From positions 594,136 through 658,135 of the forward strand of contig JBLYPX010000001.1 of NCBI GenBank assembly GCA_048538235.1: DNA of 64,000 bases, written 5' to 3'. The position numbers and the translations under genes are program-made. Each line of letters opens with the position of its first letter. The first letter of the stretch is position 1. The DNA is from Candidatus Komeilibacteria bacterium (GTDB taxonomy: Bacteria > Patescibacteriota > Patescibacteriia > UBA1558). Under the pieces are notes generated by a model. It was not told the DNA's origin. It saw nothing but the letters and a program-made list of their open reading frames with translations, and ran no database searches. Shown here one piece after another: positions 63,101 to 64,000 of the stretch.

Positions 63101-64000
63101 GTACCAAGATCATATAGTTCACTCTCAAGAGGAATAATATGACCATTTCTTAAATAGTCAGAAGCAGATGTACCAGCTGCAATACTTTCTGTCATACTTG
63201 ATGTTGTATCTGCCATAGCAGTAATAGTGGTACCAGCCACAGTATTGTAGTGATTAGCTGTACCGTACAAACGGTTAAAGTATGAATATACAGCTCCACC
63301 ACTTGTAGAGATATATATATCGTTTACAGAAGCAACGATTGTTGAATAACGAACAACAGCTGCTCCACTGGCTCCACTTTGATGTACGCCATTAGCTACC
63401 TCTGAAACACTTACTCTTTCGATAATAGGTGAACCAGTCGTTACTAAAATACCAGTTGACTGACCAGCCGTACCGACAATAACAAGATCTTCTAACTTAG
63501 GCGAGCTAGTCCCCGTGCTCACAACTGCCTTGCCGGTAGTATCGCCTGTCAAAGACAAAGCAAAACCCCTCAAGGTGCTGTTAGAAGATCCAGTTATTAC
63601 CGTATTATCTGTTTGAGTAATAAATGTTGAATTACTATTACCTACTGCTACTACGTCGACATATTCTTTCATAGTAACAGATTCATCATAGACGCCAGGG
63701 AAGACTTCAATTACATAAGGATTATTACTTGATGCATCTGTAATAGAATTTAAAGCTTCAGTGATAGTGTCATAATGACCATCGTTTCCTTTAGCTACAT
63801 AGATTGTATTCTTTGGTTTATCTAATCTTGTGAATGTTCCTGCATTAACAATCTTTGTAGAATCTAAAATGTCGCTACCAGAATTAATAGTAGCGCCTAA
63901 GGCAACGTTAATATTTCCAGTGCCAGCTAAAACATTAAAGTATGAATCTACTGTTCCAGCATCTACATCTATATCTGTAGTAGCTGCTGTAATAGCAGAA
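36157..64000 (-). CDS. giant repetitive fibre/adhesin-like protein, >9,280 aa (N-terminus beyond the right edge): beta-helix-like N-terminal part, dozens of GNVGIGTTxP / YDLGSxxxRW modules, internal segmental repeats, beta-propeller-like region, acidic E/V-rich C-terminal tail
   Basis: Single ORF of 27,516 nt in the track. Hand translation of 63673-63999 in the same frame gives SAITAATTDIDVDAGTVDSYFNVLAGTGNINVALGATINSGSDILDSTKIVNAGTFTRLDKPKNTIYVAKGNDGHYDTITEALNSITDASSNNPYVIEVFPGVYDESVT before MKEY with no stop, so the gene is open to the window edge. The motif NTIYVA..G...TI.EAL......NPYVIEVFPGVY resembles the start of pectin-lyase-fold beta-helix domains. The stop is TAA at 36159-36157. Confidence 0.9.
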   Translation of the reverse strand, partial: SAITAATTDIDVDAGTVDSYFNVLAGTGNINVALGATINSGSDILDSTKIVNAGTFTRLDKPKNTIYVAKGNDGHYDTITEALNSITDASSNNPYVIEVFPGVYDESVTMKEYVDVVAVGNSNSTFITQTDNTVITGSSNSTLRGFALSLTGDTTGKAVVSTGTSSPKLEDLVIVGTAGQSTGILVTTGSPIIERVSVSEVANGVHQSGASGAAVVRYSTIVASVNDIYISTSGGAVYSYFNRLYGTANHYNTVAGTTITAMADTTSSMTESIAAGTSASDYLRNGHIIPLESELYDLGTPTHRWRNVYTSTLIAPGSGILGTTAESFVINTDNTTNDGEAMNIVFERGTPGTNATFGWDNTNDRFDFNFPLYLSGTANISTDSQNLTLETTTSGSMILTSAGLFDLNAGANLDIDVTGTYDLLTSGSQNIATTDGSVTFTTGGATNGDLTLNVADDYDVNVVGNITIDGVNYTLTNTGTYAVDSTGTVNVDSDTTVDVGGTKISLTTDGGTLADGELDFTSSGNIDINANDTITIDGTTFNLTTTANYLATVGGTYGVDATGAVNIDSDASSTLSGAGVNVTSDGGILALTGDGVTDIDISNAGAAIDIDSATLVIDTTAGYSIDGAAASNLSVTNNNLTLSTITTGSMIATSAGLFDLNAGANLDIDVTGNYDMLSSGTFSIDGTGNSNVSATSGNLTLSTLTSGNLIATSAGLFDLNAGANLDIDVTGTYDLLTSGSQNIATTDGSMTFTTGGATNGDLTLNVADDYDVNVVGNITIDGVNYTLTNTGTYAVDSAGTVNVDSDTTVDVGGTKISLTTDGGTLADGELDFTSSGNIDINANDTITIDGTTFNLTTTANYLATVGGTYGVDATGAVNIDSDASSTLSGAGVNVTSDGANNISLTTGNATDLVNVLTGNLKVGNGTPSQTLNGEDAYIEGTLEVDGMAYFDGGQTIAGNITPATDNTYDLGSAAKRWQDLYLGPASLNISDTAGTSGAGSNYVNSTIGFSGEQLQILTSLVGAQASGGNILIQSSLPTGGISTEAIRIATAGAVGDADEILQIGEGATNFVTVMGSGNVGIGTATPDTKMEIVASDPILTIRDTETAGASTDTRLRLAESGAGDTLDAYWDLRRTGTDFAIDNSVYGGEIFRITQSANVGIGVTDPEGKLEIKSPGVGSGTAIEVRENGGTNNILLVDEPTTGDARLRLRGNGTDTVAILGDGNSYFNAGYVGIGTTAPAFALQVEGNGVMSRLTSSQTLPGDLLGSYYFGGKVAGVDKTGAQIRAVADDTIGSQIPTRLEFILQQSSSSSTPDITAMTLNHDGEVGIGTTNPTHKLEIETDNIGASENGLSVEGYLNSRMMTWNYLNNGIVTDWLNSAGTTVNRIRSYGDSYFNAGNVGINTDSPDARLESLDASSPQLRLTHTNDVLYANFQVDNTGDLTLDITGAAGTGQLILGDTDTIAIGGAAGQVYNVIGDAVTGMGHGLNSDDDLYIEGVLEVDGDAFLDGNLTVAGDTTIVGTTAYESDIDMQNNLILNIGDAATDFTAGGGLNLTSDLAVNGGNINSSTNLTLNPTGALNLGGANTTSVVTPNTVATYSINGTGLTTFNVATLNSNPATLNLATSNQANNVNIGTGTAIDTINIGTGGTAADDINIGDALADVDITGASQIVAGTGDSLTLTGNATSTWSTTAGNLNLTSASALNLTQAASSTWTLNNAVNALNIDANTLSIDALNNRIGIGVTAPEAKLEINGLGVGGVGLDVETNTGYEIKFSGTTTANIYQSVSGQDFYLTTAGGNILMTGGNVGIGLTNPTSKLQLPLENDAATPTLSFGDGDTGFYEAGDDNIVLSVGGTAVWQALTTQFRATNSDGPMMVKETSSYTNPVIIPHRGDDTTGIGGDGANNLSLIAGAWEGLRVVEGTEDYLQITNDNWIKSVDSAGTGTVNMFKVNSSDQVELGAALNIGTFVADEDAGAITFFDMPVSSTPTAGTEMSATFKIDGDNILKVYAEADGTGGIQNPAVNVTGDLNVTGDYTLTGDFLPSVNDTYNLGSDSLRWANIYLGGETIHVGASTSDEGTLAYTSATDVLTMNSIGNIALETDGGNVGIGTTAPAELLEISTATGTGTLNPTVLRISTTSTGSDWDTANNWGGIEFYSADATRVQASINAVPYSTAGDNTNITFNAGSANQERMRITASGNVGVGTTSPVYKLSIEDSSSTWAQRILNSSATGEGLLVRASDSSNNKRVFQLADKDDTKILTVTGNGFVGIGATAPDDPLHVESTETYIAKFKTTANANQVVSMEAPSGYNTNLYFFEGSTAEAGIRWDGGGDRMEFKVGNTATDAMTILDNGNVGVGTTSPGSYGLNVAAGSSGAIAQFQQGNNGGDVYSGITNTYGGASSIDETATLYLGATNAVYGAYVRAYAESDFQSVANRDGGIKLGVRKDGTWADGLTIDADANVGIGTTSPASILEVRDETANAAVKIVTGNTLYSAIDFGDTNDDNVGQVRYNHNTDVLGFTTNDVKDRLAIDSAGEVGIGLTNPSEVLDIFDSGNADTVLQIRSQDSAVTTANEGVRIRFAESDETFLGQVGYTYRSASQYGTHLSSADNIHFEVNGSTSAAVTIDTSSNVILNTATASLKLPSQNDADTPTLAFGDGDTGIYETSPNVLSYAFSTQPEAFISATGFGFYGTNYPRVWNEAPTSINPVFSFESDDDTGIGRAAADQLSLIAGAWEGLRVVEGTEDYLQITNDNWIKSVDSAGTGTVNIVKVNTSDQIEFGGTIVGGTYEFAEDSGAVTFVNMPVSSTPAAGTEESYSLSIDSEPILKVYSEADGTGGIQNKAVNITGDLNVTGDVAMTGTTTFTGDLLPATDNTYDLGSAAKRWQDLYLGPASLNISDTAGTSGAGSNYVNSTIGFSGEQLQILTSLVGAQASGGNILIQSSLPTGGTSTEAIRIATAGAVGDADEILQIGEGATNFVTVMGSGNVGIGTTVPGQNLEIANDSVASMLLNGTGANADARIMFHSTGSTEQFSIGLDESRNIFAISETADTLNTNPRFVIDGSGYVGIGTTAPNQDLVVSGIADTSSAALKLEAAANLDTYIQLFGDRDWQIQVDGDGSIGTADEFHIYDNTAGATRLLIDTVGNIGIGTTQPEDNVKLDIYATGVNSVVDVESNADGYNQTIRFRQGGVNMATIGYDDTIDAATFSYGNFANNHLNIDSTGQVGIGATAPQQSLHITDAGPAIQLERTGTGLGSWIQSVTYASSANYGSLYFTPSLATGDFVIRNSSSVDRVYIDTSSGNVGIGPDTTPDYLLDVQGTLNADGAITGGSTADIASWVRGETLRSEGQLYLNFDGADADSQIYFYEDSSTTGESIIWSNTNDRFEFSDGVLVDGDTDEVQLTVQGHSTQTSDIFVVEDSVGSNLFDVDTAQANFNVPTSFNAAGDVSIAYDLVFTNPTASYIKSQAPLYIQTESPSGNLDLTLSAANSGSVIIDDNFEVTGTTTYSGNLDMEGNNIVDVNSIYVDNIYDRDRGDVAIELGDEYLRINDGGTFSSGIYIGTSDLKMSSGDLLVGSNGGTGAIRLFANNNGTNYITVDGTSGGNSWFNTGGNIGIGTTSPDTSLDVTSSGANGIVINQRTDAATSSANLFFADNAGQTVGLKTVSGRFGIYTGATVGSSSGSEKVSVLTTGEVGIGTTTPDKILHVSTASDTQVKLTAGATNNVGLIGYQGSNLMFNMGYEDSSDTVRLNYGTWSAANGIAINSSGYVGVGTTNPSDLFTIEGSGGSSQGLELKNAYDKFEIYFQDNTDNTDLNIGYSGSGGADIQLQYDGDIILAEDSGGNIGIGITNPASKLDIDTGSNANGLRLRGTAETAEIADLFVNSSGALVLSTVAGTDSQAYIDLRSEDDTTGVLIRQSSGAGTSTYANLYVTDASDDYLSINLNSGTDGNAFNVTASDRVGIGTNAPSSKLFVNGLTDEVQLTVQGHSTQTNDIFVVEDSSGADLFTVSETQSTSYVPFSVEGTGTLSVANGINLTDDDSNTIESYGTFYLATSAGTPKDIVLQPGGGGEVGIQSDLVITGATDFGTITGDLLPTVDDSYDIGSDTYEWQDLWIDGTANIDTLAATTMSGTLTMGANAIDGTSYDITGAGVITGTQINGDNLRLDGNTLSSTNTNGAITINPNGTGGINIGTTNSARTINVGTGTAIDTINIATGGGADAVSIGTTAANVAITDANWSITGAGVMSGTQINGDNLRLDGNTLSSTDTNGSITIDPNGSGTLTLGSADVGAIAINSNTTIGIGTSVTNAITLATDGTGTAEVVLPAGSIDSTEILDSTIVGGDVADDTLDFVDFQDTMDLDAAWVLNTGGNGRNITFNEDSYDIDFRVESNGDANALFVDGGTNRVGIGTNAPSSRLFVDGLADEVQLTVQGNGTQTNNIFVVEDSAGADLFTVSETQSTSYVPFSVEGTGTLSVANGINLTDGTSNTIESYGTFYLATSAGTPKDIVLQPGGGGKVGIQSDLVITGATDFGTITGDLLPTADDSYDIGSATYEWQDLFVDGTATIDTLVVDGNSGTAINISGTGFGTDINLQNGETISNDTNGTILLTATTTATSSNLNVGGNVDIDGNALSFGESEQTIQDVGDYLTVWDTSSYFFNFYTAGTQAGDLQVDTNTLYVDASANMVGIGTTAPTAKFDVIGEIQGDSLDIDGAVDVDAGTGAITFDSTTTGTFDVTTAAGQISLNSATGEIDLTTGNTTAAAIDINATGAAGGIDMDTTNGPIALTAGNATNGNISASAAGTLLLDSAGVLELNSSGAAISIGNDVVDQAINIGTGAAARTITLGNVTGATTLDVNTGTGGFLVDTTGAGPISLDAPTGLINLTTGNTTAAAIYLNASAGGIDIDLGNGAGDDFNVDGNVLVVESDTNSVGIGTNDPNAILHVYKGDSTANIYSSTYSALALENNNHTMIDFMSPADKQGGFYFNDPDQTAMAELVYSHSTDSFNFGVRPAIGSAIDTVFSLSASQATSYVPFSMEGTGDVTIANDLFFSNATSSTISSEAPLYITAGAVGSNTNLVLEGRGTGKVYVDDNFEVTGTTTLGGGVSISGDFLPSTDNTYDLGSAALRWAEVNVGPGSVNVYNAASDANPIVKTSSSGLEFGVGGGSPLDIRLYRDSANVLRTPDSLTIDTDLTISGGDLNVASAAFNLANAATTLNVGSTNIARTINIGTGTAVDTINVATGGGADAVSIGTTAANVAITDANWSISGAGAASFDSTLTVGGTTTLNGNVAIGNSTADTVSVNTGAWTFSNDTNFVLSGGVNGLSLDGSTFSVDATNDRVGIGLTNPAWPLSIKTSTTGAQNILGLTADDNGNVLVVGKDAEDDGYVNVYSGTAQTIQLHSNASSYINGGSLGIGITNPASKLDIDTGSNTSGLRLRGTAETAEIADLYVSSSGALILSTVAGTDTNAYIDLRSENSTLGLLIRESDGTGTGTYANLYVKDATDDYLSINLNSGTDGDALVVTAADEVGIGTSDPTSKLMVNGTSDQIQTIIQGYSTQTNDIFVVEDSSGADLFTVSPTQSTSYVPFSVEGTGTLSVANGINLTDNTSNTIESYGTFYLATSAGTPKDIVMQPGGGGEVGIQSDLTVTGAGAITGNVGIGSITADDPLDVAGVIDSTGGYEVDNATIISGDGSTIYTRGASVNKIGTANSSGIGIDALNSGDWDLLLYESKTYTSSLDLGYNGSAIIDTYDTNETLTINANGAGGINIMNSGTGTVSIGTTNAGVQITDPQWSVTNAGAASFASMASGGAVSGTTGTFSTSVVTPLVQGGAASGGDLTLESTSHATKGHIFFGSDSNSAYDDVNNRLGIGITAPVGPLQVHQATAGSTSYIHLTQDGTGTAATDGLLVGVNATEQAIFWNRENTDVRIATNNLDRMTIEAGGNVGIGITNPGYKLDVAGTASATTLTLDGTSGTAIGISNTGITTDINLQNGETIDNDTDGTILFTATTTKTSGNLYVGTSGTGTITSGLINGQTISSAADFTGTMAIAGKLTVNDNVLIDGDADEVQLTIKGHTTQTSDILKITDSSDNDLFTVSPSQATSYVPFSMEGTGDVTIANDIYMSNATSSTISSKAPLYITAGDVATNTNLVLEGRGTGKVYVDDSFEVTGTTTMGGGLNLTGNIYTPGTVRADSGVYVGDTEYFWSDTNGRIATANDFYVTGGSGNTYLYSANTYLGASSGDNIYVRGNTISGDSWSITGPGVITGTQLNIDNLRLDGNAITSTNTNGNITINANGTGDINLDSNTLYVDQSANRVGIGVTAPAAPLDVVGEIQGDSLDIDGAVDVDSTTSNIDFTATTGTIAFTTANTTAAAIDINATGAAGGIDMDTTNGPIALTAGNATNGNISISAAGTLALSSGDWGIDTTGIAANMGTYNGQTISSAANFTGTMAVTTSITSPLIQGSTASGGDLTLASTSHATKGHIFFGSDGSSAYDDVNNRLGIGTSAPARSLQVVGSATPGDNLFRVAGGANQGHVTIYMAAADDRNAVIESQRDLNIIPGQYVGIGTTVPSALLDVAGEIQGDSLDIDGVVDVDAGTGAITFDSTTTGTFDVTTAAGQVSLNSATGEIDLTTGNTGTSAIDINVTGTGGDLDVDVNDAITIDSKSFSIDGAIASNVSVTGNALTLSTIASGALNVTSAGTVNISSANSGVITLDGDSYVSVQPSDANYGLLLYESDGTGTGIAANFYVTDATDDYLSINVGSVQDGDALVVTAANEVGVGTSNPTAKLDVVGEIQGDSLDIDGAVDVDAAANAITFDSTTTGTFDVTTATGQIGLNSATGRIYLTTADTTADAIYLNASAGGIDVDLGNTAGDDFNVDDNTLVVESDTNSVGIGTSDPRSKLEIYDSTVNVGGESTDLTFGTAANGGTAQIGALLDGATDQTSTGLIFRTVQEEFGSLTDRMIIESTGNVGIGTTNPAYKLDVNGSSRVSSLLVDGANDVLISSGDIDLDTGNYIGVSASAGRIYYQTSNLNVLGADFAVDTTDLFVDVDVNEVGIGTSAPNTTLHVAGKSTFGSAITPTATEDEDIINILSGSNATGGTNGITFWENTSGYGMSMGYDGTGSGDSNAIRFYDTNAAHLMTLEAGGNLGIGITNPSVKLHVNGSATINSSGNDTINIGGSGVDTINIGNSTGVDTIYIGTGGGVDDIQIGSGTNGLILSSASWDVSGIGYADFNRLDVNDIRLDDNEITTETADTDLLLLPTSERVGINTSSPGATLDVAGTLKTSGVGDVTIANDIYMANGTASGIQSKSTLTITGGDIGTNSNVVLAASGSGSVVIDSSDRLVSSLAYTTGVTPTQTLYVDSAGNIGKNGSSIRFKENIVDMEDVSWLYDLRPVNFEYKESFNNGIGSGVKYYGLIAEEVETVNPLFVGYDQSGLPDSVKYTALISPMLNAIQEQSTELSGVLSMVDYTTGNISTESALTLSSDNSYVQVDDELVIGSTNVGIGSIVSDENGLTIKSDAGAAGQVRGISLELDDNAGASKFNINNSNNSTVLTIDSTGSIDMSGSLNTEMSAMSEMFAVTIDNQGNLPEAGDVVVMSNTANTLVKSNAQYQESAVGVVVDNSAIKLNSSVAGRAIALAGKVTIKVTNDNGAINNGDYLTTSSRNGYAMKATSAGPVVAKALSSFNSATGTIEAFVHVSWYDPLSDNLLVAGTLTAGGDTELQGGVILGNATDDLIEVKGTFKSGLQLNQDNMYDLGSTTNRWASGYFATAVKVDEMELSNNQIQTTNDLTLKSTSGNLTLQSDAADSIITLKPSNSTSYLEVSNTDDLTSLIAKNGYLRVGMGAIADNVSTENDLLVTGSVEIDGDLYVEGDILAPKLTEAIKKQIKSNLPIESAKVYWEQMQESTIIESTTTEVSTEIMDNNLSLVAYVDSLDSNKGKYRIYNDGSVVAKGVFNQGTTSNIATTAISNGSVAIAYTDDSNSSYGTMVIISSNGEIATDETVFNSAATSSLDIAELTNGYLFIAYNDNGVGKYAIVSENNIIIKSETQLINSSISDINVTQMGNKVLVSYVDNGELDYGKTSLIDLDTYTHTTATFASVAISNITSTSLTNGEAMIVYSDTAGKAITIDQSQNITNTATIDASAISNVDMVVNNDRVIVAYQAVDNKTYYKVLDNEGNSLNAATEITSTVNGLSITSDNIGNLSISYIDNSTEYIKQTHLNTALGYKSASDNLIWYDLDIETDSADTIVLKAGDKYSTPIDLTTGNNTIDLGYISYNFTSVAGDNYVYLPGLGFGAKDIRSITDSEGRVYEANKINSFLYIIPGIGTGKQVTVDYTANVDSQSLTIVDNIDDSVMTVNSTVTLLPDSADEIVAEEFANGNVFVGYIDNADGKAKYAIYSDNETKTGIIYDNQASSIAATYLDNDNIMVAYRSGVTGTGQVVTINQAGVVSGPSTFNAGSTDNISLTTTYNDSVVIAFEDKGNSNYGTVVEVDYQGNIITPEVVFNSVSTSNIDIIRMLNGNLMIAYADTVGAISILDNSLNVITTQTFNNFAPAHISVAMLGNGNNIITYIDGADSSANFVIYNQSGVGVIGETIINNSATTEINASTLNSGQVLVGYVASGQAKALIIDEDGSTQIAATAINTANNVVTAGQNIVSSSTNINLNSILPFATANSVAFNKISKVTFNYENYGVASEDVEDKFVDSDAQTNDSRGDVAENMTVRELTIDDVKTVLDMTVEDTNVYEYANCVDGVCNYEGLPEAGDIVVTDHSGEVMTVKSLRKNATNIVGVVTTDPAVILKKNLEGRTIVLTGTTPVKVSLENGAIAKGDLLTTSSTAGIAMKATSRSAGTLGVALSSFDPINSCIKDIENTYKEELLNSEVVYTEDELALLLETVDTSSCEVDVPEFGEISVLISINNPVVTDTGSIITIVDADDEETVIDLSIMEYEEFGNVVVKGETIFGGKITVAKAEFLGNISVAGSIKVKGNLELSGAITQNYWDGSEGAIEVGDAVAIIGSDTIGQTWASDNNFLPAIGLAVEILDYDYIPEEELNAYLTGLGYDLETGAPIEIRDNIRLIKVASSGKVGGFSSLQPGAAYFLADKPGDLETLSDNYDELNNLLLESSELQADLAEQEAAIAKALDDGNSLALQRSLSVIASVNGAKQVLGVAKSKNELIIMPSLSYSGDYSVSEDVVNETYVSSPSYSTPTAGTEIVQEIDEFIANQPEEVVEEVVDESAVEEVPVEETVSETEVVDENVDIEVIIGEDTPNVEIITDSTEDVVIETITE
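38110..40260 (-). other. beta-propeller-like region of the giant protein (two runs of ~45-50-aa blade-like repeats)
   Basis: Periodic pattern such as SVAIAYTDDSNSSYGTMVIISSNGEIATDETVFNSAATSSLDIAELTNGYLFIAYNDNG... and SVVIAFEDKGNSNYGTVVEVDYQGNIITPEVVFNSVSTSNIDIIRMLNGNLMIAYADTVG..., repeated about 12 times. Confidence 0.4.
47096..52140. repeat. triplicated 285-410-bp block inside the giant gene (47096-47380, 50398-50810, 51733-52140; ~90-95% identity)
   Basis: Direct comparison. Encodes ...DIFVVEDSSGADLFTVSETQSTSYVPFSVEGTGTLSVANGINLTD.TSNTIESYGTFYLATSAGTPKDIVLQPGGGG.VGIQSDL... three times. Further shorter repeats of ~120-190 bp occur at 44135-44300 / 49763-49925, 44817-44935 / 49655-49770 and 48241-48380 / 51301-51440. 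Confidence 0.75.
55043..55404. repeat. ~360-bp near-perfect internal repeat in the giant gene (copy A)
   Basis: About 99% identical to 60754-61116 (4-5 mismatches). Encodes ITPATDNTYDLGSAAKRWQDLYLGPASLNISDTAGTSGAGSNYVNSTIGFSGEQLQILTSLVGAQASGGNILIQSSLPTGG.STEAIRIATAGAVGDADEILQIGEGATNFVTVMGSGNVGIGT. Confidence 0.85.
60754..61116. repeat. copy B of the ~360-bp near-perfect repeat, 5.7 kb from copy A
   Basis: See 55043-55404. Confidence 0.85.
61307..62802. repeat. two ~560-bp units (61307-61866 and 62243-62802) at a 936-bp period, ~95% identical, inside the giant gene
   Basis: Direct comparison of the two stretches. They encode a duplicated ~190-aa module (...DLNAGANLDIDVTGTYDLLTSGSQNIATTDGS.TFTTGGATNGDLTLNVADDYDVNVVGNITIDGVNYTLTNTGTYAVDS.GTVNVDSDTTVDVGGTKISLTTDGGTLADGELDFTSSGNIDINANDTITIDGTTFNLTTTANYLATVGGTYGVDATGAVNIDSDASSTLSGAGVNVTSDG). 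Confidence 0.8.

Noticed and set aside
63670-63672. ATG at 63672 as the true start of the giant gene
   Set aside because: The frame remains open with fibre-like sequence through the window edge (63673-63999, no stop). The annotated Met is therefore internal.
1-64000. Mobile element, prophage or jumbo-phage origin of the fibre gene
   Set aside because: No integrase, transposase, terminase, capsid or tRNA attachment site is visible. The fibre gene is co-oriented and tightly packed with cellular-type secreted lectin genes. The phage-like motifs are more likely shared fibre architecture. Cannot be fully excluded without flanking sequence.
1-64000. Alternative genetic code (TGA recoding, as in some candidate-phyla lineages)
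   Set aside because: ORFs of 1.2-9.3k codons are intact under the standard code with TAA/TAG stops. Nothing in the window requires recoding.

Overview
The window is AT-rich (roughly mid-30s % GC by eye) and almost entirely coding. Every gene is on the minus strand. It holds ten open reading frames in three apparent transcription units.

Unit 1 runs from beyond the right edge to about 24.0 kb. It starts with a giant gene (36157 to the window edge, more than 9,280 codons, still open at position 64000). A 157-aa membrane-anchored small protein follows. Then come three 1.2-1.4k-aa proteins built from LamG_3 (concanavalin-A-like lectin) and CBM4/9-like modules. Two of these overlap as TAATG. The unit ends at a hairpin plus T-tract terminator.

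Unit 2 (23890 to 6049) is a tandem array of three ~2,000-aa paralogues. Each has a signal peptide, a DUF2341-like domain, LamG_3 repeats and fibrinogen-related-domain (FReD)-like modules. Their 5' and 3' ends are nearly identical, the genes are 2 nt apart, and the array ends at a hairpin terminator.

Unit 3 holds another DUF2341/LamG_3 protein (987-5912). A further paralogue (1-984, partial) is missing from the ORF track because it runs off the left edge. I recovered it by hand translation.

The two inter-unit spacers (5913-6048 and 23891-24034) share a conserved cassette of about 105 nt. It contains a TATAAT box and a terminator-like hairpin with a U-tract that ends 9 nt before the start codon.

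I saw no tRNA, rRNA, CRISPR, transposase or integrase. No plus-strand ORF looks real; all are antisense to the giant genes.

Overall this looks like a dedicated locus of giant secreted glycan-binding fibre or adhesin proteins from an uncultivated low-GC prokaryote. The lineage is only an inference.
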